In this document: one piece after another, positions 1-8,138 of the stretch
Layout of the letters: every line of letters begins with the position of its first letter
Position numbering within the stretch: the first letter of the stretch is position 1
DNA from: Selaginella moellendorffii
Taxonomy: Eukaryota > Plantae > Lycopodiophyta
NCBI RefSeq assembly: GCF_000143415.4
Contig: NW_003314558.1
Coordinates: 1 to 13,127, forward strand
DNA: 13,127 nucleotides
Direction of reading: 5' to 3'
Translations under genes and position numbers: made by a program
Notes under the pieces: generated by a model
What the model saw: only the letters and a program-made list of their open reading frames with translations
Told to the model about the DNA's origin: nothing
The model's database searches: none

Positions 1-168
1 TCTCGGGTTGTCATGCCAATGTATTTCCTTTCCCTTTAGTGAATTTTTCATTATAAATTTTCTCTAGTTTTTCCTCTTATCTGAGATTGCCATAGCTGAT
101 CTCTAGCATTCTTGAGTTCCACTGGATCAAGCAATGTGGAGTGCTTTTGGCTAATTGCAATTCCAAAA
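1..168 (+). mobile_element. 3' end of the preceding Penelope-like element copy (3' half of the hammerhead plus 3' tail)
   Basis: Matches 11390-11557 with one substitution seen. It starts at the UC of the GUC cleavage triplet and ends at a telomeric tract. Confidence 0.85.
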
Positions 169-196
169 CCCTAAACCCTAAACCCTAAACCCTAAA
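169..196 (+). repeat. Plant telomeric repeat tract (CCCTAAA)4
   Basis: Four perfect CCCTAAA units. Confidence 0.95.
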
Positions 197-614
197 AACT
201 GGACACATGAATGCTACAACCCTTTCCAACACCTTATGGACAAACCTTCAAGGAAACAAGGAACCAACTTAAGCTTAGCATAATGGACCACCATCGAGAA
301 TCCAGTCAAAGCTACTACAATGCTACTTCATGCAAGTAGACTAGCTTCACTATCAACCACTTTGGGGTTGATCATCATTTAACTAAGCAACTTCGTAAAC
401 ACATTGCTCATTATCACATGGATATGATACAAAATCACAATGACTTGATCATCAATTGAGCAACACCACGAGCAACACCCATGTCATTACTTCAAAGGTT
501 TATGTGAGCATCAAGTGCTAACTCAGTTCGGCAAAATGCAACATAAATGCCACACTCCACCAATAGAGATTTACAACACTGAACACCACCAACTTCAGCT
601 CCAGGACTGTTCCA

Positions 615-723
615 AGTGTCCGTAAAGACTAGTCGACAAGTAACTTTCGATACCCGAAGTCACATTCGTGACACTTGACTTCGGGTATCGAAAGTTACCT
701 GTCGACCAGTCCTTACGGACACT
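615..723. repeat. Fold-back inverted repeat, 48-bp arms and 13-nt loop, made of head-to-head LTR 5' ends
   Basis: 615-662 agtgtccgtaaagac...cccgaagtca versus 676-723 tgacttcggg...ggacact, 3 mismatches. 615-675 is also a direct repeat of 3613-3673. Confidence 0.9.
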
Positions 724-1350
724 CTTACCTTACTGCTATGATGGCAGGAGGTCTGTACTGCTGGATCCCTTTAGTAGCCCCTCTTGTGCTAGTGGAGTTA
801 ACTGGGCATTTCGAGTGTACTTAGACCGGACGAGCATAAGGACGGAATTCCTACGTGTTATTAGCTAAGCATACTTAGCCCGGTAAGGAGTTCCCGTCTC
901 GTTATGTCTTGCACTGGCTAGTGACAAGAACCCTCGCGTATTGAGATTAGTCCCTCAATATCGCTACATAATAGCTTACCGTGTCTGCCAAACACCCTCG
1001 CTATCATGCCCTTTGTGTTAGTTTCATTTCGGTCCCAAATGCTATTTATGGAAAGTGTCCAGATTTGGTCATTTGGCATATCTACGGAATGTAGAGATCG
1101 GTCTGAACACAATGGTGTTCGTCCCATGTCCAAATTCGCAATCTAAGGACATTCCATATTTAGTAAGTTTCGAGCTTGTCCTAGAGACTAACTCCTAATA
1201 CTAAAGGAGGCTTGGGGTGGAAGCCCAAAGCGTGTGTTCCTCAAGGGGGGGGGTTGTGGGGGGTTCCAAATGTATAGTAGGGATAGCGGGTAGGTCGGGC
1301 ATGGCCGACCAACCTAAGGCATAGTCTAGCTCCTACTTGCGTGCCTGTCC
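676..1350 (+). mobile_element. LTR-derived segment (+ copy, missing the first ~11 nt); left arm of an ~680-bp inverted repeat with 2971-3660
   Basis: Highly similar reverse complement of 2971-3660, whose end carries the TG start and polypurine tract (PPT). The LTR may extend beyond 1350. Confidence 0.7.
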
Positions 1351-1829
1351 ATTCAAATGTAGCACATGTGGTTTTGACCCTTTATCCTATGGTGATTTAC
1401 CATAGGATAACACCACAAAACGGAACCAAAACCCTTTTTGTGCCACGTGATAGATGCCACATGTCACATGCCACATGTCCATGCCACGTGTCCATAGGAA
1501 CCCGAGGTTCAAGGCCTTGGGCCACTGAACGAAGAAACGGTGCCAAACTCCTAAGCGTGAAGCCAAAGAGTGATAGAACCGAACCACGGAGCAACTCCCG
1601 AGCATACAGCCCAAGGAGTGAAGGGACAGGAGCCCAGAGCGACTTGGAATAGTCCTAGAGCAACCAGCATCCCAATGCCAGGACCAGCATGCAAAACGGA
1701 GCCAAACAGAGTCTAGCGCTATTTCGGCATACCGGTGGCCTAACTGTAAGGAACCAACTCGCCGAGGTGTCGTAGGCTAAAGGAACCCCGAAAGCATGAC
1801 CAAAATGACAAAGAGTTCATCGGATGGGA

Positions 1830-2105
1830 CCAAGTCGAAGATCGAGTCCAAGACCGACTCTAGGACCGAGTTCGAGATAGAGTCCGGAATCGAGTCTGAG
1901 ACCGACTCGGGGACCGAGTTCGAGTCCGAGTTCGAGACCGAGTTCGAGACGGAGTCCGAGATCCGAAATCGGGTCCGAGACCGAGTCCGAGGTCGAGTCC
2001 GAGGTCGGGTCCGAGATTGGGTCCGAGATCGAGTCCGTGATCGAGTCCGAACCCGAATCCGAAGTCGGATCCGAAATCGGGTCCGAGATCGAGCCAGAGA
2101 CTAAG
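1830..2105 (+). repeat. Degenerate hexamer tandem repeat (CCGAG core: GAGTCC/GAGACC/GAGTTC)
   Basis: Dense 6-bp periodicity; atccgaaatcgggtccgaga occurs twice (about 1961 and 2069). Gives spurious (ES/ET)n and (RV/RD)n ORFs. Confidence 0.9.
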
Positions 2106-2970
2106 TCCAAATACTAATACGGGTCAAGGGGTGAAAGCCCAAAGCGTGCGTCTCCCAGGGGGGGGGGGCTGCAGGGGGTTCCAAAAGTATAGTAGGGATA
2201 GTGAGGTCCAGGAACCAGTTTTGAAGGGACTCTCCAGTTGGGCTTCCAAACCGACTTGAGGTTGGGACTGGGACTAAGGGGCCTTGGGTGGGAGTGAGCA
2301 TGGACTTGGCTGGTGCCGGAGGGGCCATCCAAGGAAGTGCTCAAGAGCAGCTCCCACTCCCGAAAGGGAAACCGATTGCGGTGCTCCCGGCTCATGTGGA
2401 GTGGTGCCCCACTTGAGTACCATGCGGCTCATTGGTCCTCGCCCTTCCTAGGGGCTTGGGCCTTCCTTCGGGACGGAAGTGGGGGGCGAGAGGTACCCAT
2501 ACCGGGCCGTTAGGCCACGGTGTTTCGCCCCGGCGTCCCGAAGCAAGTGTTGCACTCAAGACTTGGGATTTAGAGGGTCCCATGATCAAGTCTTGTGGTA
2601 CCAAGGGATGTTAGGAACCTGGAAGCTTGGTGTGCTTGGCTGCTTGTGCTTGCGGGGAGTGTAGCCGAACCTTAAGTCCAGTCTAACCCGGGGAGGGGGA
2701 TTGGGAGTGATTTGGGAATCCGTGGAAGGATGGCTAACACTCCGTTGCCCGTGCAGTGAGTAGCTGAAACCAAGTAGGAGTTGGTACCATAGGCGAGAAC
2801 CTTGGCAAGGGAACTTAGCAAAAGCCAAGGCAGTGTTGGACGGATAGACGAGGTAAGCTGGCAAATTGGAAAGGAAAAATTTGTGGCTTACACTAACGCG
2901 AGGATATGGGTACTCCACCAACTAGCATGGAATGGAACTTGGGCTTAGACCCAAGCCGGACACAGAACAA

Positions 2971-3671
2971 GGACAGGCACGCAAGCGGGAACTAGACTAT
3001 GCCTCAGGTTGGTCAACCATGCCCGACCTACCCACTATCCCTACTATACATTTGGAACCCCCCACAGCCCCCCCCCCCCCCCCCCCCCCCCCTTGAGGAA
3101 CACACGCTTTGGGCTTTCACCCCAAGCCTCCCTTAGTATCAGGAGTTAGTCTCTGGGACAAGCTCGAAACTTACTAAATATGGAATGTCCCTAGATTGTG
3201 AATTTAGACACGGGACGAACACCATTGTGTTCAGACCGATCTCTACATTCCATAGATATGCCAAATGAGCAAATCTGGACACTTTCCATAAATAGCATTT
3301 AGGACTGAAATGAGACTAACACAAAGGGCATGATAGCGAGGGTGTTTGGCAAACACGGTAAGCTATCATGTAGCGATATTGAGGGACCAATCTCAATACG
3401 CGAGGGTTCTTGTCACTAGCTAGTGCAAGACATAACGAGACGGGAACTCCTTACCGGGCTAAGTATGCTTAGCTAATAACACGTAGGAATTCCGTCCTTA
3501 TGCTCGTCCGGTCTAAGTACACTCAAAATGCCCAGTTAACTCCACTAGCACAAGACAGACTGATAAAGGGTCCAGCAATACCGATCTCCTACCATCGTGG
3601 TAGTAAGGTAAGAGTGTCCGTAAGGACTGGTCGACAGGTAACTTTCGATACCCGAAGTCACATTCGCGACA
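2971..3671 (-). mobile_element. 5' portion of a 3' LTR of an LTR retrotransposon on the minus strand
   Basis: The minus strand reads purine tract then TGTCGCGAATGTGACTTCGGG starting at 3671. The distal LTR boundary was not determined. Confidence 0.65.
3068..3092 (+). repeat. Poly-C homopolymer (25 nt)
   Basis: Counted directly; the homologous positions are G9 (1245-1253) and G11 (2158-2168). Confidence 0.9.
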
Positions 3672-3684
3672 CTCTCCCCCCCCT
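3672..3684 (-). other. Polypurine tract preceding the minus-strand LTR
   Basis: ctctcccccccct on + is an all-purine tract on -, directly abutting TGT. Confidence 0.65.
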
Positions 3685-5547
3685 AGGGAAGATCGACATC
3701 CTCGTCGATGCATACTCGAGTCTAGAATACCACCAAGGAAACAACTCCAGAAAAAGTTCACGGTACTCACACTATGTGAGAAATGCACCAACTTAAATGA
3801 GTTAGGAGGCAACCTCTTTGTCTAACGCGGATGCGCTACCAGCTTAGACACCTTCCGGCCGTCGCCGACAAGGAAATGACCAACGGAGTCAGCCACCCTT
3901 GCTGCTCTGGGAGTCACCCAGCTTACAAAAGTGTGATACGCCCCTGCCCGCAAGGACATAGAGAGAGAAGCCAAAGGCCCCAACCCTCCTAAGCAAAGAA
4001 ACCAAACCCGTCGGTAAGGTTTAGATAGACTACTGTAAACAGACAGTTAGAGTTGTTTACATGGTCACGCCCTTTTAACGAAATAAGGAACATCGACAGA
4101 GAGGCGGGTTATGTGACCAGTCTACAGTAGCTACCCCATGACTAGAGATTTCAACATGCACACAAAGTGCCGAAGCCAGTCTGCTTATACTAGCCCAAAC
4201 TCAAAGATCAATAAATGGACAATATCAAAGTCATAGACAATGATATCTTAGAGTCTTAATAATCAATGAATATATCTTAGATTAGAACACAAAAGTATTC
4301 CAAGTAAGTTATCATCCGATAAACTAGTAGTAGAGTATAAGAACCACCAAGATCATCATAAGTGGTAAACATAGGATTCACCATCAAACAAAATTCAATA
4401 GCAAGTATATCATCAAGTAAACTCAATGATAAAGTTTAACTATTAAAGATTGCAGACAGAATGCCAAACAACTTACGAAAGATAACTCAAAGAACACAAA
4501 GTATCATTGACTGGCAAGCAAAATGCTCGCGAATGTATCACCTAAAGGAAATAACATCCCAATGGTTCAGAACTAACTCGAGCAACAATCAACAAAACAG
4601 AATGAATGTGGCAAGGCCAACAAACACTCGTTTATGCCAACTATCACGCTAGCTAATCCAAATAGATCCCAGTCAACAACACCAAGGAACTCAAGTTGTG
4701 TAAGTAAGTGTCAGCAACATTCTATTGATGTCTCAAACCCAAGAGACCAATCCAGAGCAAACCACAAAGAACATGTGGTATTGCGAAAAGCCAAAAGCCA
4801 TCAAAGAGAATAACTAACTATCACGAAAGATCATCAATCATCCCATCAATAAAGAGATGCATAATCATCGTATAAGAAAGAATCCACTACCCCAAAGAAT
4901 AGCGAATCATTCTATATCAACAATAATCAGGCAAAACTTTTTGATAAGGATAATCAACTATCCTAGATCACAGTCAATCATCACTAATGATTGCCAGATG
5001 CAAATACTAACTTCAATAGCGAAGCTAATGAGCGAAAATGCCTTCCCCAACAACTTCTAACCAATGGTCCACAAGCATGAAAGTTCAAGGAACCAAAAGC
5101 TCGAAGAAGCTTATAGCTAAGTCTTGCCTAATAATGATCACGAGTCTTGCATGAACTAACATTAATGCTAAAAAGAAATCATGGTACAACCCACAATATC
5201 CTCTTCAACACTTCCATAAGCTAAACTTCATAATGCCAAAGCTAATGAAGAGCAGATTTGCATCAATCCAAAAGCCAAGCATAATGAAACTATGCTCAAC
5301 AAGTGACCACTAAACGATCTTCCATGAATCCATCTATAGCAAGACGTAACTCACTTCATAACAAGCACAAGAAGAAACATTAATGATCGATATAGTCCAA
5401 CTCAAATCCAACAAGGATTCAAATGTTCCAATATCAATCACTAACTCTTCTGCTTGGAGAGTTAGCATAGTCCACGACTGAATCACTTTTCAAGGAAAAG
5501 TCAAAACTTAACCCCTACTAAATAATCTTGTCTAGAACACAACTAAG

Positions 5548-6493
5548 TTCCCTACTCCGAAGTGTGTGAATGATGTGCAGCGCTTCTTGGGCAAGGTGCA
5601 GTATCTCGGGCGTTTTGTGGATCATCTTTTTGATCGCACTGCACCATTGCGAGCGTTGCTGAAGTTATCAACATCATCTTTCATCTGGTCTCCGGATTGT
5701 GAGCGGGCGTTTGGGGATCTCAAAAAGTTATTGACAACTCCTCCGGTTTTGGCATATCCTGACTACACTCGACCTTTTATTTTGCGCGTGGATGCTTCTG
5801 ACATTGGTCTTGGAGGTGTGTTAATGCAAGAGAGCTCGAGTGTGCATAGTCAGTGCCATCCCATTACATATATAAGCCGTACATTACAACCAGCGGAGAT
5901 GAACTACTCCACGACAAAGAAGGAGTGTTTAGCAGCAGTTTGGGGTTTCGAGAAACTTCATGCATATCTACATGGTTCTCGGACATTACTTGAAGGTGAC
6001 CATGCTGCTGTTACTTCATTATTAAAGCGAAAGAACCTGGTTGGTCGTACTGCTCGGTGGGCTTTGAAGCTTCAGATATATGATTTTGATGTTGTTCACC
6101 GCCCAGGGAGTTCTATGGCTGATGCTGATGCCCTTTCTCGAGCTCCTCTTCCTTCTTCATTCTCTTCTCATGTTTCTGACGAGCCTGTCGTTCCAGCATC
6201 TGTGGATTTTCTAGACAAGGATTCTGTGCCGTCGGCGGTTATTATACTTGACGTTCAGTGTCCACAAGGTGCAGAGCAAGATCTATCGTCGCTTGATGAG
6301 GTTCGCAAGGCTCAAAAGATTGAGCCATGGATTCGAAGGCTTCGAGATGGGTTTCAGAATCTTGCATCACTTGCTGATGACTTGCCTTTCCAGCATTTAC
6401 ATTCTCAATATTGTCTTGAAGGTGGCCTTCTTTATTTTGTGGGGACAGATCCTAATGATCATTTACGGCTGGTGGTGCCTTCTATTTTTATTC
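5548..6493 (+). pseudogene. pol: Ty3/gypsy pol fragment: RT C-terminus/connection, RNase H and linker
   Basis: FPTPKCVNDVQRFLG, PPVLAYPDY, LRVDAS..GLGGVL, NYSTTKKECLA, EGDH, RWALKLQ, ADALSR. The RT catalytic core is absent. Confidence 0.92.
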
Positions 6494-6850
6494 ATGCCAG
6501 AGATTGTGCATGTGCAGCGGTTGAAATGCTTCATACAAAGGGATCAGGAGCAGTTAATACCATCTACAGATTCGCCGATGCCTCCTCCTGATGTTCCTCC
6601 AGATCCCGGCCCGTCTACAAGAGAACCCTGATGGTCTTCCATTATCCCGAGAGGGGGGGATGATGTGAGGGCCAAGTGTACGGTTACGATGCCGTATACT
6701 AATATTAGCGTAGTGGGATTTTGGTAGCCATTGGATTGGTTTCAATTCGGACCACTCGCTTCTGTATATAAGCTAGGGTTTTTGGGCTAATTGAGATGCA
6801 CATTTCTATATTTGATCATTTACGGCTGGTGGTGCCTTTTATTTTTATTC
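6456..6850 (+). repeat. 38-bp direct repeat (6456-6493 and 6813-6850) flanking the displaced segment
   Basis: tgatcatttacggctggtggtgcctt(c/t)tatttttattc, 1 mismatch. Confidence 0.92.
6494..6812 (+). mobile_element. Displaced 3' end of a gypsy element: integrase C-terminus, PPT and start of the 3' LTR
   Basis: PEIVHVQRLK...REP* (stop 6629-6631), PPT gagaggggggga 6649-6660, TG start at 6661 or 6664, TATATAA 6765-6771. Confidence 0.75.
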
Positions 6851-7312
6851 TGCGGTTTCTCCATGCCTACCATGATTCTCCTGTTCTAGGTGGGCATATG
6901 GGATATCGTCGTGTAATTGAGAAGCTACGCAGGTCTTTCTATTGGCCGGAGATGCGACGTGATATTATCCGGTATGTGCGTAGCTGCGTTTGGTGCCAAG
7001 CTCGTAATACTCCCCCTCGGGCTGCGGAAGGACGGTTGGAGTCAATTGCAGTTTCCCGTCCGTTTGAGTTGGTGGTGTTTGATCTTATGGGACCTTTTCC
7101 ACGGTCAACTGCTAGCAATGAGTATGTTATTATTGCTTCTGACTATTTGACTCGTTGGGTGGAAGTTGGTGCTCTTGCTAGTGCCTCTGCAACTGCTGTT
7201 GGATACTTCCTCCTCAATCGAGTGGTGTTCCAGCATTCTTGTCCAGAGCGGATTCTTTTGGATAATGGTCCCGCATTTATGGCTGAGGCGTTTCATGTTT
7301 TGACGTCTCGGT
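6813..7312 (+). pseudogene. pol: Ty3/gypsy integrase fragment (HHCC zinc finger plus first two Asp of DDE), 3'-truncated
   Basis: HDSPVLGGHMG, FYWPEM, YVRSCVWCQ, PFELVVFDLMGP, DYLTRW, DNGPAF. It breaks off before the catalytic Glu. Confidence 0.92.
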
Positions 7313-7667
7313 CATGCCGATGGTGATGGATGACGAGGTCAAGGGTAGGATTCGAGTAATACGACAGGCTCTGAAGCAATCGGTGGTGGTTCAATCGTTG
7401 GCTGCACTAGAGGGGGAAGGCATTCTTAGATGGTGGCGACAGCAGCTCATCGAGGATCTGGATTGGGACCCCACAGCATGGAAACGAGGAGCGAGGAGCT
7501 TCTTCTCCTTCGGCGTCAAGGAAGCAAGGGATGGTCTCTTGACCAGCAGGGAGGAGGCCCGAGGGGAGATCCCCAAGCTCTGGAAGAAATGGATCGAGCA
7601 AGGAGTTGAAGCAAATCAGGTGGTGGGCAACACGCTTGCGTTCTGGAAACTACCGGTACAGGAGAAA
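7313..7667 (+). pseudogene. Probable non-LTR (L1-like LINE) ORF2 fragment running into the start of a zf-RVT-type region
   Basis: Trp-rich open frame with FSFGVKEARDGL...LWKKW...FWKLPVQEK, resembling the FSVKSAY...W..W...P.K pattern of plant LINE ORF2. Cut by telomeric repeats. Recognised by eye only. Confidence 0.5.
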
Positions 7668-7685
7668 CCCCTAAACCCTAAAACC
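7665..7685 (+). repeat. Short telomeric tract (2 CCCTAAA units plus partial units)
   Basis: aaacccctaaaccctaaaacc at the junction between the LINE-like and gypsy pieces. Confidence 0.85.
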
Positions 7686-7973
7686 GTTTTGTGGATCATC
7701 TTTTTGATCGCACTGCACCATTGCGAGCGTTGCTGAAGTTATCAACATCATCTTTCATCTGGTCTCCGGATTGTGAGCGGGCGTTTGGGGATCTCAAAAA
7801 GTTATTGACAACTCCTCCGGTTTTGGCATATCCTGACTACACTCGACCTTTTATTTTGCGCGTGGATGCTTCTGACATTGGTCTTGGAGGTGTGTTAATG
7901 CAAGAGAGCTCGAGTGTGCATAGTCAGTGCCATCCCATTACATATATAAGCCGTACATTACAACCAGCGGAGA
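7685..7973 (+). repeat. 289-bp duplicate of gypsy pol 5611-5899
   Basis: cgttttgtggatcatc...ccagcggaga in both places, no differences seen; same translation DHLFDRTAPL...LQPAE. Confidence 0.95.
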
Positions 7974-7982
7974 CCCGGTTTA

Positions 7983-8138
7983 CCCTAAACCCTAAACCCT
8001 AAATCGCAGGATTGCAGCACTGCGGGGTGTCTTTGACCCTAAATGCCTAAACGACCCTAAACGCCTAAACGTGCCTAAATCCTAAACCCTAAAACCTAAA
8101 CCCTAAACCCTAAACCCTAAAACCCTAAACCCTAAACC
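7983..8138 (+). repeat. Interrupted telomeric tract capping the 5'-truncated PLE
   Basis: (CCCTAAA)3 at 7983-8003, a 33-nt non-telomeric spacer at 8004-8036, variant units (TGCCTAAA, CGACCCTAAA, CGCCTAAA, CGTGCCTAAA, TCCTAAA), then mostly perfect units to 8136. Confidence 0.95.

Larger units (their letters stand above)
1..1696 (+). repeat. Copy 1 of a long direct repeat (copy 2 at 11390-13127); defines an ~11.4-kb tandem unit
   Basis: tctcgggttgtcatgcc... at 1 equals 11390 onward, through ...atgcaaaa (1696 = 13127). The offset goes from 11389 to 11432 across the telomeric tract; otherwise only a few substitutions and 1-bp indels were seen. Confidence 0.97.

Noticed and set aside
1796-2110. 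ORFs of 102 aa (+) and 97 aa (-)
   Set aside because: By-products of the hexamer repeat; low complexity with no domain.
2596-2789. TGGTACCA at 2596-2603 and 2782-2789 as primer-binding sites
   Set aside because: No extended tRNA complementarity recognised and no defined LTR end adjacent.
668-3812. Numerous short ORFs in the LTR-derived region and their copies at 12100-13125
   Set aside because: No recognisable motifs; frames are not conserved between the inverted or tandem copies (indels shift them).
6374-6380. CTGATGA as a second hammerhead core
   Set aside because: Lies in pol coding sequence with no stem II or GAAA arrangement.
5566-6591. 341-aa ORF as an intact gene
   Set aside because: Internal pol fragment lacking the RT core; its last ~32 codons are out-of-frame read-through into the displaced segment.
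6774-6781. TAGGGTTT as a telomere remnant
   Set aside because: Single unit in the opposite orientation just after an LTR TATA box; better explained as a telo-box-like motif or chance.
7665-8138. CRISPR-like repeat-spacer array
   Set aside because: The repeats are telomeric heptamers of variable number with irregular inserts; eukaryotic context and no cas genes.
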